The translations under genes and the position numbers were made by a program. Of a DNA stretch of 64,000 nucleotides, positions 25,101 to 39,821 are shown one piece after another; the first letter of the stretch is position 1, and the number at the start of each line of letters is the position of its first letter. Below the pieces are notes generated by a model that did not search any database, was not told the DNA's origin, and saw nothing but the letters and a program-made list of their open reading frames with translations. This stretch comes from Kudoa neothunni (lineage: Eukaryota > Animalia > Cnidaria): contig OZ199838.1 of the NCBI GenBank assembly GCA_964304625.1, positions 9,699,245 to 9,763,244 of the forward strand. Reading direction: 5' to 3'.

Positions 25101-27643
25101 TCTAATGATTTCTCCCCTTCAATCAGCTCAATTATGACATGTTTAAATTGATCATCATCAGGAACATCGTCGGAATCGTTACTTGGTAGATTTTCAAAGA
25201 GGAAACATGATTTCCTAAAGCAGTTAGCTATGGTTTCCGTTTTAATATATTCTCATAATTTTATTATCAAATGAATAACATCTAAGACATCAGTTACAAT
25301 GTAGCCATTATCATGAAATTCGACCTAATAAATGAATGACGTCTTTAGATTTCTTTCGTACAACATTTTAAAACATTAACAATTCCATAATCCAGTGGCC
25401 GAAGCACACTGGTTGTGTTCGAAGAAAAGTAGCAGTGTTACATTAGACAAATATTTTTGTATAGGCTAAGAAATAATCGATAAATAATAAAATTTTCTCG
25501 CTTCAGAATAGTGGTTTTCCCATTATATTTTTCAAGAAAAAGCAAAAATGGAATTGGTCATTCAGAACCTTTTTATTATCATGCTATTTTATTTGTAAAT
25601 TTTTTGATCGCTTGGAACTTAGCATCTTTATTATAGATATGAGCTCGTAAAACCTTATAATTTCGAGTTTTATGGTAGTGTAAAGTTATTTTTGTCCTTA
25701 AAATTGACGCTCCATCCATTATTTTTCGCTGAGTTCAGATTTAGCGCTGCGCTCGAATCATTTTTGCGTTAGATACATACAGTAAGTTTTCAACCCTAAT
25801 ATTTTGTTGAAAACCAATTATTTATTGACAAATGATCTATTTGGTATTGAAACATCTATTTTAATTTGAATGTAAACAAAATAAACAATAAAAAAAGTAA
25901 ATTTTTAAAAATTACTTACGACCCATACACCACTGTAATATCAAAATCAATATAATAGGTGCTTGAAATGTATTGAATCTTTATTTTTAATAAAGTTAGA
26001 CAAACAAAAAGTTATTATTGACTATTGTTAAGTTAAACAATAGAAGATTAAATCACAATAATTACGTTTAGTCTACATGACTTTTAAACCACTGTTTGAG
26101 TTAACAATTACGCTATAAAATATTCATTTAATAAGTCATTTTTGATGTTAAATAATAAATACTTTAATAAAATACTTTGAGGATAATTAATTTTATCAGT
26201 ATTGTTTCTTTTGTGTTCCAACAAATAATTATTAAATGTTTAACATTAAAAATCTCTCATCAATGCTAATATTTTTGCTATTTTTATCGAGAGCTCCTCA
26301 ATACTACTTTTTTCGAAAGAATATTGAGACATTAAGAACTTGTCTATACGGAGTTTGCGAGTACCCGAATTATGGCGCATATTTATGTAAATATTTGACT
26401 AAATGTTGCCTAGATAACTCAAAAAAATTTGAGTCACCAGAAAACCTAGTATTAATTCGAAAAAGTTTTTAAATTAGATGGACAAAAAATTTGTGTTTTC
26501 AATTTTTTTGTTATTGAGTCGGAAGGCCCCGATTCAAATATTGAATATGTTGTAGTAACATGATGTTTGAATAATTGGAGTTCAACTGCAATATATACGT
26601 TAGGAATTATTGTCAGTTTAAATTTAAGGATAATTTAAGTCTGTTGTAATAAATATTTTTTCAATTTAATTTCTTTGTTTGAATCATCTAAAAATGTGTG
26701 ACATTTTTAGGAAAAGAAATGTTAATGGAACCAGCTCATTAATAAAAATGTTTCCACTTATTGATCAAGTGAAAATGTCCTATCCCTTTTCAAAATTTTC
26801 AGTTGGAGCGTAAGTAACTTCATTTTAGACAAAAATTCAATTATCCTGATGAGGGATTAAATTTGATTTTTTATTGTATTTAATGTGAACTATGTGTGTA
26901 GGAGTGTTGACTTACCGGTTAATCTGTATCATTACATCTATAAAGATTAGTAATTTCATTATTGAGTACGCTCGTCTTATACTGATATAAACTATAGCGA
27001 TAATGCTTCCCAGCACCTCGCACCTCTTATTGAGTCTTGTCCGATAACGGCTTTGTACCGTGTGACCAAACACCTCGATGATTATTTTGTACCGTTGGAT
27101 TATTTGACACTAGCCAAATTTCACGAAAAAAGCCCGTTCTGCTGTGACAAATACAGCGACGAGATATTGCTCTTTTTGTATTACTCTCACGTTCGCGATG
27201 GTCTGCAGATGTTAGCAGCTTACCATCTACACAAAAGAGGTTGGCGCTTTCACCTCATCAAACGCCAGTGGATAACTCTAACCAACGATCAATACAAATC
27301 TTGCACCAATCTTATCAACTCAAAAAATCCCACAACATCCTCTATCAAAGATACATTCTGGTTTTTTAATGTTTACAAATGGTGTATGGAAAAGGTGGAA
27401 ACAACACTCGACTTTAAGTTGTTTGAGAGTGCTGAGGTGTATGCCCAATACCTCTGTGAAGGAGTATGTCTTTTAGTGTATTGGTGTGGTGTTTTATTAG
27501 TTGTTATTGTTAAGTCCAATTCTAGCCGTAATGTGCAAACAACTTCTACAATCTCCAATAAACAATTCTCAACCACCTCCATTATGCCCGGTGACCATTC
27601 CCATCAGGAAGGAGGTGATCAATCTCTCCAATACGCCAACTAA
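22169..27643 (+). CDS. CNOT2: CCR4-NOT complex subunit 2 (NOT2), multi-exon, with a 3.3-kb TE-filled intron
   Basis: S/T/N-rich N-terminal exons starting MPNKNSNISV; NNEEFPAL motif; NOT box KYSDEILLFLYYSHVRDGLQMLAAYHLHKRGWRFHLIKRQW...FFNVYKW. Exon phases are consistent across the intron at about 23439-26710. Confidence 0.85.
23724..24363. mobile_element. Tigger-like MITE family 3, copy 1 (inside the CNOT2 intron)
   Basis: TA|CAGTCGAACCTCGATTATCCGGA ... TCCGGTTAATCGAGGTTCGACAG|TA; second copy at 58963. Confidence 0.85.
24651..25935 (-). mobile_element. Decayed pogo/Tigger transposon with DDE transposase remnant (inside the CNOT2 intron)
   Basis: Minus-strand peptides KILLFID, SNTTSVLRPLDYGIV (cf. 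PPNTTSxLQPLDQGII) and ETIANCFRKS, interrupted by stops and frameshifts. TIR CAGTGGTGTATGGGTCGT ends at 25935 followed by TA; a degenerate partner TIR sits at 24651. Confidence 0.75.
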
Positions 27644-30009
27644 ACTCATTCATGTTGCTGTTCTGCTGTATAGAAAATATTCACGCGGAGAAATTATCGT
27701 CAAATTCTTATTGTGTAAAGATTTCTATTTATAGATAGTGTGTTCGATTTTATTATAAAAGTCCTTTTATTGCTCCTCTATGTCGATGTTTTCAATAATG
27801 TCTTGAATGTTGGTTATGTACTTTTTGGTGTTTTCAGTGATCAAATCAATCTATTATAACAATGGTTTAATAATAATAATCGGAAATAAAAATTTATTTA
27901 GGAAATATTTAATGATATAAGTAAATAAATAACTATTCTTTCGAACATATAAAATATGCAGGTTCATCTACAATGGAGCATATAATTTTTTGTGAAACAA
28001 TGCATCTTAACAAACTACTAATTGTAATTATTTGACCATTAATTTTAAACCTTTGCGTATATTACAAAATTTAGAGGATTAATGAAAAGAATGAGATAGT
28101 TAAAGAATGATTATTATATTTTTAAACGTTTTGGTAATCCTTCAGAGGATTAACCCTCGTTATCAGAACATTAATTCTAGTCCGCCAAATCTCTTAGGAA
28201 TGTTAAAATCAGTAAAAAAAGTTGTTTACAAGTTACTGAGGAATAAAATGAGCCAATTGGGAAAATTATTTTGATATACCGTAGGGCTTTTAGTTTTTAA
28301 AATATTTTTGGATATAATATGAAAGGTTGATAATACAAATAGTTGTACCAAATTCTGATATTAATTCCTGGCTATATGCTACGATGATAATAGCACATGC
28401 AGTGAAACAAGCGATGAGGATAAAGATTTTAAGTAAAAAATTATTGTTATATGTTATACAACGAAATAGCATTTTCTAAAAAATTATATTCATAATTTTC
28501 CAATGCTAGATTGATGAGTAGAACTTTAATAAATTAATTACACAACGAATTTAATGTAAATAAACACAAGTCGTTCTCATCGAATAATTCTTAAGATACA
28601 GCACACCAAAATATAAAATCGATATCCGTTTTATATGGTAAAAACTAAATAAATATGTTCAATAAACAATTTTTTATTATTATTCTCCCCACAACCGTAT
28701 TTTCTGCATTCATGCTATAAAAATAGCTAACTGACAAATTCACCAGTTTCGGCCGAGATTAAGAATTGTTTGAATTGAAAAATCTCTTAAATTAACTCAC
28801 GGAAGAAATTAAACTAAAATTTTGTAAATATCACAATTTTAACGAATGTAATTTGCGATATAAAAATTAAGAACATTTTATGGAGATCATAAAAATAACT
28901 AAAACTGTATAGTTGGAAGCAAACTTCGAAAATTAACTATTTTCTCAAATTAATATCTCTATCAAATTAACATTAGTACATACTTTTTATAAGCAACTGC
29001 AGATCTTCTTAATATAAAAAATTTAAATAGGCAAGTCAACTAAAATTACAACATTCACTTTGATTTTATTCACGTAAGTTTAATTTAGCGGGCGACTCCA
29101 ACAAATTCGATGGACACAATCCTAATGTTATACCGCTATAAACTATTTGATTATTACATGTTACCAATTCATAATTAAATAAGCAAACATAGACCTTTTT
29201 TAATATTTAAATAATTAATAGAATTCTCAAAGTGTAATTTTCAACTCAGATACATTAGTTTTTGTATAAGAGGTGTATTTACACATATTCAGCCATTATA
29301 TATACAAAAATAGATATCATTATTAAATTAACAGTTGATTACAACTAGAGGTCGTAATTTTCGACGATTATTTTTAAAAAATTCGACGTTTTTCGACGTT
29401 CAAAGATTTTCATCGAAAATTAAAGCCTTTAATTTTAACATAAAAGGGGGAATTATGACTTCCAGTGACTATCGCTGAAAAACAAGTAGATTTAATCCAA
29501 TTATTTGAATCATGTAATCCGCTTAATAATATTAAGAACCATTAAAGCCACAAGTTTCTGGAAGCCATTTTTGTTTTGGGGATCTAAGAAACATTTTGGA
29601 AGAATTTTTTAAATATTTTTAAACTATTAAAAATTTCATAAATGTCCGTCCATATGAAGGAAAATTCCCCCCACTAGCGTACATATAGTCACAAAATCAT
29701 AGACATTCGTCTTGTATATCTATACTAGATTACATTGTTAAGTTATTTCTATTATTCGAAGATTTTTATATTGAGTAAGGAATACGCATATTTTTTTGAA
29801 ATGAGTATAATTTGACACGTCAGGATAATGACATTATTCAAAATATATATTAATGATGAGAGATTAAGAAAACAAAAGTCATATAGATCTGTTGCATACT
29901 TATATTTCTATTTTAAAAAATTCATCATAATTAATCACGGGAAAGTTTTAAGAAACTATAATAGCGACCTTATTATAGCCAGCGAATAATGGGTCCAAAC
30001 GAATTAAAA

Positions 30010-33000
30010 TTAAATCGATTTGTCCGTAAGAATAGTTTGAATCAATTTAAACAATATTTTAGAGTTAAATTATGTATTGTTTAAAGCCAAACATACCTGT
30101 TTGAGAGTGAACTCTATTGTGGGTTTAGTTTCGGCGGGAGTGTGGATTTTCGCCGAAACCTGGAGGTTTAAATTACCATAGTTGTTTCCGATCAACTCCA
30201 ACAACTAAAAACAAAATTGTATGTAATTCCTGAATCAGGTTGACTTTATAAAACACAGCGTTACTTCACATTCATCAACACAACCAAGTTTCTTCTTCAT
30301 TCCGGTGTCTGAAATAATGGGCATAAAATGTTTGATAATAGATCTAGATAATGCTATTCATTTTGAGCCAAAAAGATGATCTTAACTTGAAATTGTTCAA
30401 AGATTTTGTGAGGCTAGAGCACACAATCTCAAGACAGTTAGATAATGTTACGCTGGATATGAGTTCGGTCAGTCGATTGTGCAACTCGAGCAAAAGCTCT
30501 TGATTGCGAATTATCTCGTAGTAGAGTCTGTCGTAGCAATTGGGACCCTCAAGGAGATCATCTCCACACACAATAAACAAATCGAAAATGTCTATTATCT
30601 AAACCGAAAGCATATCAGTCATCGACTACATGAAAATAAGTATAAATTACATTAGATATAATTTCTATTGATTCGTTGGGGCCATCTTCGGAAAAATTGT
30701 GAGTAAATAATGATTTCGTGCACACAAAATTCAGCAGAGAAAATAATAATGTCCATAACATAACAAAGTTGGTGTTATAGCGTTGAGTATGCGTTTGAAC
30801 TTGGTAGAGAAAACAATTCTTCAAAATTATCAAACAATCACTGATACAAACGTGTGTTTAAATGCAAAACTCTAACACGAAAATTACCAATATATGTGAT
30901 ATTGGATTTTTCTGTTTAAATAGCCCCCAATAAATGACTTGACAAGCTCTAGTGAAATAAAGTTAGAATAGTATTATTAATCACTTAAAAAATAATACAC
31001 TTTATAGAAAAAACTAAACTCTGGTTTATATTTAGATATTTTGATAAATAGTTATGCATTTTTCCGAAAAATTAACAAAGTACTATTTTTGATTGAATTC
31101 TTATTCAAATATTGATAGCTGGTAATATCAAGAACGAGATATTAAATAAATTAAAGAATTATTGCTGAACCTCAAATTATAATAGAAAATAACGGAAAAA
31201 TTAATCTTGTGGAAGCTAATAAAGTTAAATATATGATTGGAGTTTTTAATATGTATTTATAATTAATTAAAATAAACAAATATTTGAAATTTTCCATTTC
31301 TTAAAAATAGAAACAAGATTACGAAAATAGTTAAAATGACAGTTTTCGTTCGTAAAGGATAAAATTTACGAACAAAATTTATTGATGTATATATATAAAG
31401 AGAAGGTAATCAAATGATCAGACAGATTTTAGACAAGTCGGAAAAATAATAGTAAAATATATTAAAAATTATTCGGAATAATATTTAATAACGTTTAAAA
31501 TAAGGAAAATGCGCAAATTTTTCAACATAATGGGGAACTCAACATTTAACTATTCTGGGACGAAACGAGTGAGTTATCGTGGGAACACCCATTCGTGTAT
31601 TTTATAAAATTTATATTTTTAAGTTTAAATAACTTATCTACGATTTATGAAATCTCCCGCGATGATTAATGTGTCTTATTTAATAAATTCAAACGATTAT
31701 ATATTTAAAAATAAAACTACATCAGGGAACATTATGGATTAGTCAATTTTTCACACTATTAATTTTCGATGATGTTTTGGAATAATATTTTAATTATAAG
31801 AAAATTAATTTATACTCAAAAGAGTAACAGAAATTTAATAAATTAGAAATGAACGTAACAAATTTTTATGCTTAACTGTTGTCGATGAGACCTGACGGAT
31901 TATAGGATTATTCGGACTGATCTAAGAAGTGTAAGTAACATTTAAATATTTTCATAGGTGATAACCAGGTATAGGTATTTGATGCTTAAAATTCGACTTT
32001 TCATTTTACATTCCATTTTTATCATAAAAATTTCAATTTCGTATATCAATTTCGATTATTTAAAAATATTTTCTCACTAGTTTAATCTCTCAATAGAATT
32101 GTTAGATTAACGAGTACAATTGCATAACTTCATTACGGCGCGGTCGTCGGTCATTTCGTATAGACCAGGGTTGGCAACCTACAACCCGACATGCATTGAC
32201 TGACAAAAAATTTTGTTAGTGTCAAAAATACCAAAATACTTTTTAAGTTGTTATCTAGATCGGTTTTCTAAATGTAAACATTTTAGTCGATTAAAATTAA
32301 TTTTCATTTAATCAGAAACCCCGAATAAATATGGCTGCTAAATAACGTTAAAATTATTTCTATAATAGTATAAAATATTTTTAAAAAGGCATATAGGTAC
32401 ATCTCATGTTACTTGACCCAGTTCAACAAATTGTTCATCCACAAGTTTAGGGCGAGTTAATTATACTGCACGTGAAAATTATTTGAATATAATACTTTTG
32501 ATTTGACGTAATGTTATAGTTTAGATGACTTTCATAAATTCTCACTTATGTTTTTAAATTCAAAATGCGAATTAAGAATAATTTAACATTTTAGTAGATT
32601 AATTTTAACACGGCCCATTTTAGAGTTAGGATATGTCTATTCGGTAGTCACTCCGAAAGGTTTCCGGCCCCTGATATAGATGATAGAAATCCGCTAAAAA
32701 TTATCATTAGACTTTCTATAGCTTTAGTCATGATTTTATTACGGTATAACCTATATTTATGGTATGTACAAAGTTTTAGCGCGTTTTTTAAGTGAGTATT
32801 CAATACAAATCAAGTATAATTTTTTAATGTTTAAATAATTATTAATCCTTCGAAGTAATTTATTTCATTAAAATAAATTCAATAACAATAACAATATGTG
32901 TGGTGCCTAAGTAACCAAATTAGCTACACAAATATTTGGAGCTCCGTCCTCCTAGAATTAATTGGAATTAACAACTAAAAACCATTTTAGGCTGCCAAAA

Positions 33001-35879
33001 TTTCATTATTTTAAGATTTCTACACAATAATGAATTTTAAGTTGATAATACTTAAACTAAGTCAAAAATAAACCAAGGGATAATCTCGTTTTAGGTAATT
33101 TATATCTCAGTGATTCTAAACTATGAATGCATGAAAACATCTTAGCTCATTTCAGGAGAAATTTATGAAATTAGCACATTAATTTTACTCTTCGTTAACA
33201 TTCCAAATGGTATCAATGTAAAATTATCACTCTCAATTTGATCCCCAGACATTTAAGTATTTTTCATTCATACGATTCATTCAACAAAAAATCCAAATTA
33301 ATTTTAAATTTATAAATTTAAAATATTAATTCCAAATATACGCTATAACATCTTTTAGCTAAAACGATTGGAGTTAAAAAGATAGGCCCACTCAAAAAAT
33401 TTATCCAATAATTTAAGTTAAACTTCAGTTAAAACTAAATAATTACTTGGATAATATAAAATCAATAATAATTTACAAATAGCAATAATAAATGTATAAT
33501 ATCCAAAATATTGATTTTACCAAACAAATTTAGTAAAAAATATGTTTTTCGGTAATGTATTGCGTAAGTTTTATTTAATTTTTTTCAGAACATTTATTTT
33601 AATTACAAAATCTAACGTATATACTTAATATAATCAATATTAATTAGGTAATTAGAAAAATATAATTTTTAGAACTAATCGAAATAACTTACCCACTATA
33701 TAATACACCAAAAAGTTGGGTTGAATAATGCAATCGTTGAGTAAGCCTTTTTGAGAGTTAAGCACCTGTGTTCAAATCCATCAATAATGAGTTCAAAATC
33801 ACAACCAAATACGGATCTGTAAACAGTTATATTTTCACTGATGTGTTCATGGATTAGTTGACAAGACTTTTTGTTCTGCAGTCAACACAAAAATACAAGA
33901 AGAAATAATTTAATTCAGCTACCATGGTGATGTATTTTAGAAGTTTGAAAATCATTTCAACAGTAAATATTTCGTTGTCAGCTGTCTCAAAAAGGTCAAT
34001 AAAAGATGTGTTAAATCATAAGTTACTGGTCATGTTTGAGATAACGACAAATCCATAGCTGACAATCTGAGAAATCACGTCAGGATATTGATTATAGTTT
34101 TCCCAGACTAGAGAACGATTAAAGTAGGTCTTAACTAAGATAGTAGACAACATACACAACTTATCGCAAAGATTTTCTTCTTCGAACGAAGCATGAGTAG
34201 AAGAACTTGGTTTGTTGAGATGGGATAAACTTTGTCTAAGCTAAACCATAATTATATTATTCATATCGTATGTGGATATTAAGATATTATAATTTGATAA
34301 CGTCAGTTTAAGTCAATACACTGATGAAAAATAATTAAAATCGTGTTTACTTTTCTCATAGAGCTTGAATCATCCGATAAAAGTTGAAGATCATCAAGAA
34401 TGTTGGTGCATCTGAAGGCTTGTGCCAAAAATAAAAAAATTGGACCATCATATTCACTATATATAATCGACCTCAAGTATTCATCGCAATGTTTTATACC
34501 ATTTAACAGAAGGATAATTAACTGTTGTGAATGTGAACTAGATAAACGACGTAAGACCAAAAAGTCCAACATATCAATACTAGATTTTTTAATTTTTGTA
34601 ACGAAAGTACAGACGACTGATAATTCTCATATTCTTTTCGAAAACGTCTTCAAATTTACTGTTGCACAATGATCCACTCTACAAATACTTACGCTATTTT
34701 ATGACACAGGATTTCATCTACAAAATTGAGACATTCCTAGCCAAATATATACCAAAGTGTAGCGAATACGAGATTACCCAAAAGAACATTTCGTTCCAAC
34801 AACTTTCCCATTGAATCTAATATCTCGTCAATATTACACTCTCATAACTACCAACTCACTATTGGGGAGTTGGATAACCACATAGGTCGATTAAACATTA
34901 TGTAGACAAAAAATAGATATTTCAATGTTATCCACATATTGTAGTTTTCATCTTCTGGTCTAACATCATTTCTATCCATCAACTAAACAATACGAGTCAT
35001 ATAGTAGGGATTTGTACAAATACTAAAGTTACGTGTTCTATCACTGATTTGTATGATGCTTTATTGATATTCGAATAGATAGGATCATAGGAATTGTTAG
35101 GTAGACACTAGAAAACAATAAATTTAAATTATAAAATCAGTCCATTACCAAAATATTCTTCACGATAATTGTTGTCATTAAAATCTTCACTTTAACTGTT
35201 TTACAATAAATTTGATATTTTTATGTATAAAAATGAAAAATACGTGACACCACTTTTAGTAGAATAATTTTCATAATATAATCCGTAAAAATCTATAAAC
35301 ACTCACAGCATCTTATCAAAAACCTACAAAATTTTACCTCTATAAATGGCAACATTATAGGAAATGCTAAGATTCGGCTGTTTTCTAACTGGTCCAATTT
35401 CTTATCACATTCAGTTAGAACCGCATTTATTATCTAACATCATAATAAAAGTAGAATGATAGTATCTAGCAATTACTATTGTGATTTTATCGTTGTGATC
35501 TGAATACACGTTTAAATTGTAGCTGTGACATAACTTGATCAGATGAGTGGATATACACTCCTATATTATCACACAATTTTTGATGTAGAAATTAAACAAG
35601 CAAATCAAATACAATATTATCTTCGAGATTATTTAGATTGAATTCGGATACTATTTTTTGTATCAGAGTACGTTGTTTGGTAAACTAGAATGAGTTATAA
35701 TTTTAAAGGGATGTCTAAGATACATTTTTCCAATCCAATAATTGTTCTATATCTGGTTTGGTTAATTCAGCGGAATCACCTGTTTCGTTTTCATTTTTCT
35801 ATAAGTTAATTTTTGATAATATTTTTTGAGATAAACTTACAGATAACAGTTTTCTGTACACTTTTTCAGAAATTGACAT
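30010..35879 (-). CDS. ARMH3: Armadillo-like helical domain-containing protein 3 (C10orf76/DUF1741), multi-exon; last exon uncertain
   Basis: Spliced from ATG 35879 (MSISEKVY...LEDNIECIS) through ELVKSFIGGYL, LWTLLFSLLNF, FIVCGDDLLEGPNCYDRLYYEIIR, SIIKHFMP and LLELIGNNYGNLNL, matching the family motifs GDTFLP..YDELYYEIIR, IINHF.P and NYDTLTL. Has a 2.7-kb intron at about 30951-33692. Confidence 0.85.
32166..32673. mobile_element. hAT MITE family 1, copy 2 (inside the ARMH3 intron)
   Basis: CAGGGTTGGCAACCT ... AGGTTTCCGGCCCCTG; flanks GTATAGAC / ATATAGAT (6/8 match, central TA as in Buster-type targets). Confidence 0.8.
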
Positions 35880-37826
35880 TCTAAATGACCGGTTCTTCAG
35901 CAATTAATTGAATTACAATCGTGACGTATCGTATATTTTCATCCCGATTCGATACTTAAAGATAAAAACAAATTGGTGGTTTGTTGTGTGATATTACGTT
36001 GTTCAATGCGATTTTTTAATCAATGCTAAAAGATTAAGATATAATGATATCTTTTATTTGTTGAATACCATTTAATTAATTCATTCAATAGTCACTATAT
36101 TTTATCGTAATTAATTTTAGATCTCCGATAATCACTCGTTTGAAAAAATGAATTAATGGAGCCAAATATATTATGTATTCTAATTAAATGGAAAAAACTA
36201 TAATTAAATATAATATATCTTGACTTGATTAATGTTAAATACAATATTAGAATACAAATTTTGACAAACTATTAATCTTTATTCTAAGATTCGTGTTATT
36301 TTGAGGTCTAACAATAATTATTCATTTATTATAATATTCCATGATAGTGAAAAAAACTCCAATGAGAATAGCAATCTTAAAAAATTACGGCGTACACGAT
36401 GTACAAAGCATTCCACGTGATTATCTTTGATGATACGCAGTGTCCATTGGCACGAACATGTTAATTAGGCCGTTCCTTTAGTTTTATTTCACTTAAAGTA
36501 AAATTTAATACCATTATAAATACGATATAAGTATTTTTTTAAATTTTAAGGGTATGATAGTATCAATTAAATATGAAATTACGTAATTATATGAAAATAA
36601 TCTTGTCACACGAATAACGATTATTAAACAATTATTTGTAATATTTGCGTTTAAATTTTAAGTCCATAACACTCAAAGACACGTAGATATTGTAACGTGA
36701 TAAAACTTTCGTAATGGACACTAGTACAAGTTGAGAGAATGTTGAGAATAACAATATTTTAGAAGTTTAATTATGACATCGTTATAAATAATCAGATTCC
36801 AGGTCTCACATAAGAGGTTTATTGGTTTATATTTGTTTTAGGATTAGTTCTTCCAACTAGAATTAAACTCAAAGGTCGCCCCAAGGACTCATCTACTGCA
36901 TTGATAGGAACATAAAAATCATCTTATTACACCAAATTTTTTTTTTCATTTAATAGAGAACCAAAAATTCGAGTAATTCTATTATTAACTGGAATAATAT
37001 AATTCTTTTCAGAAAATCTTATTTGGTTTGTTAGCGTGGATGTCGCTGTTAAGGTTTTGAATCGAAAGACTATAATTGAGAAAAAAGAATAGACATTTTG
37101 TTGGACTACATAAGCGATGGAATACTTGATCCTAGAATTCCATTAGATAAGATACCCACTTATTTTAGCAAAGTTGCTCTTTTCAATCTTAAGCGATTTA
37201 CAAACAAAAAACAACTGTTGAATATAGGGAAGATATCTGTAAAATAAATTTTTCAAATGATGATTCAGTAATTGGTTATGACGTTTGTCTTGAATTGAGC
37301 CATTTGAAATGCCAAAGCATTAGCGTTAATCCAACACATAAGTATTGGCACTGTGAACGATACAAAATGTCAGAGAATAAGACAGAAAAATATTTAGCTC
37401 TCGAACAATCTGTGGCTCTAAAAATAACGAAAATTTAGAGTATTAATCAAAAATATAAACTTATCTACTATCTCATTCGGTTTTCTTCTTTTAAACGATA
37501 CATGTCCTCTACGCTAATTATTGTTGTAAAGTTTTCTCATTTTCCTGACAACAACATACGCAAAATTATGATAAACAAATTCCACTGCTAATATAATACG
37601 AATAGAAAATAATTAAATATTTCTTATAATTTTTGGTTCGTAATATCACCCTCCATATCTCGAAGATTAGGTGCAACTCCAAAGTACGATGTTAATGCAA
37701 TATCAATAGTTATACTCTATAATATTTTATGCCAATTTACTGGGCATAAAAATAATCTTTTAAAAAATACACCATCAAGATATATTTTGCTTTATTTTTG
37801 TGCATGCATTTATGTCCTATCCTTTA

Positions 37827-38816
37827 TCCACTATATATAAAGTAGTATTGTCCGTGTGCCCTAAGTAAGCATGTGCGGAAAAAATTTCCATTATAGATAG
37901 ATTTTTATGTAACTTTTATAGTTTAAGATAATTTAAAAACTCTCTCATTCGTTATTAGCCTTGCTAAAGTTCAAAATTAACGTAGGCAATTGTGTTGTCC
38001 TCGATGTTAGGTTTGTTAAGCGGATACGCGGTTTCAACTATAAAATATATCTGTTTATTCACAGCGACATTTATCTATACTGTACTTCTGCAAGTTGTTT
38101 TGAACGTTTTTAGTGGTTCAGTCTTAAACTACATATACACGATTTCAAGATACATCTTATATCGTTTATCTATCTGTACGTTTAAAGTAGTTGTGTACAT
38201 TTGGATATGTGCTTAAATACACTCCGTATTTTTGGAACTTTTAATATATTTGGTTTGATAAGTACACTTTAAAATTCCTATAGATGACATTTAATACAGA
38301 AAATATATGCAAATTTGCTAAGTTAATGAAGAATTGGAAACGTTTGTTGTAATCTGATGGATTCACTCCTTACATACTGAAACTAGGTCCTCAAATTTCA
38401 TTGTAGCGACCGTTAGACTTACTTATAAACGATAAGAGTTAATGTTGAGATTGACATATTACTTTATCTAATTATTTAACATATTTTTGTTTATATTAAG
38501 AGTCTACACAACAGTTTTGATGAGGGAGAGTATAAAAATGTGTGTCGGATAAAAATATTAATTTGAGCAAAACAAATTAATTATCGTAAGTTATTATCGA
38601 GTTATTCAGGTTTTTCTACTTTCATTATCTCTCTAATAAGATCTCAATTTTTTACTATGCCCATCACAGTCGTCAAAAGTACGATATATAAACAAAGATT
38701 TATCTAACCTTTCCTCAGGGCTAATCAAAAGAGTCTTATATTCCTTTATTTTTTTACCGTATTCTTCTATGATGAAATTTTTTCAATCCCGTGCGAAGCT
38801 GGGCAGTTCGCGCTAG
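37827..38816 (+). mobile_element. Non-autonomous Helitron
   Basis: 5' A|TCCACTATATATAAAG; 3' hairpin CCCGTGCGAAGCTGGG followed by GCGCTAG|T, i.e. inserted between A and T. Confidence 0.7.
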
Positions 38817-39261
38817 TTATTAATAAATAATTTCATGTCTTTTCTGATAAATTCAACATAAATGAATCTTATAGATTTGATACCCATTTATTAATAATTC
38901 CATTCATGATATATAGTTCAATAATACAATTTTAATATTTCTTTAAGCGGGAAAAAAACTAAAGCAATGTTCTAATTAACATGTTCTGCAATAGTCAATG
39001 CCTAGATGATAAACTATATTTATTAGTGCGTTAATATGAAAGTCAATCTAACGATTTATTTTTAAATTTTTTGGAACATTAAAATCAGATGCATTTTGAA
39101 GATAATTATAATCTCTCTTGTGATTTAATGACGTCTCATATTTGTAAGAGTCAGAACCATAATATAATTTTAGCTCCTACAATAGGTGGCCGGCCGATTT
39201 GATACATTCCTTTTGGGGTCATGAATTAAGTGTGTAATATGGGCTTCAGCCAATTTTACAC

Positions 39262-39821
39262 TAGGGCTGCCAAGGCTTGGGGTTCTTTAGTTTTTTACGA
39301 AATCATTGAGTTTAATTGAAAACCTGTAAACATTGAATAATAACGAATAATTTTTTATGTTAGACATTAGTATTTATGCCATTAATAATGTAACCTATTC
39401 AGATTATGGAATGCAGAGCTTAAACAAACATTTAAGATATTGAACGACAGCACATTAAATAGTTTAGCGCGACATGATTACACGATTACTCAGGAAACAT
39501 AGTCGCACATTAGTAGAAAATTTAAACGTTTTTCGAAGTGTATCTTGAACCATAAAGTAATTAATTGTGAGAATATTGATCTGTATGAGACATTAATTAT
39601 GAGTGGGTGTTCTCGCCAAAAAATAGCAGTAATACAACGATAAATTTAAATTTAATATCTAAAGGCGTAATTATACAATCGGAAGAAGATTAAAACTTTA
39701 ATAGATACAATTCTGCCTGTTGCACTTTAAACTAGCGTTTTTCTCGACCTTTGGGTTTTTATTTAAATTTGGTTTTGTTGTATCCCCATTCTTGTTTTTT
39801 TAAACTCTGCTGACAACCCCG
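39262..39821. mobile_element. hAT MITE family 2, copy 2
   Basis: TIRs TAGGGCTGCCA / TGACAACCCCG; perfect 8-bp TSD TTTTACAC (39254-61 and 39822-29). Confidence 0.9.

Noticed and set aside
30010-30096. Possible non-canonical GT-AA last intron of ARMH3 giving ILFKLIQTILTDKSI*
   Set aside because: Single case. Read-through to a nearby stop or use of canonical AG acceptors about 100 nt further on is also possible, and a base error cannot be excluded. All other introns I traced are GT-AG.
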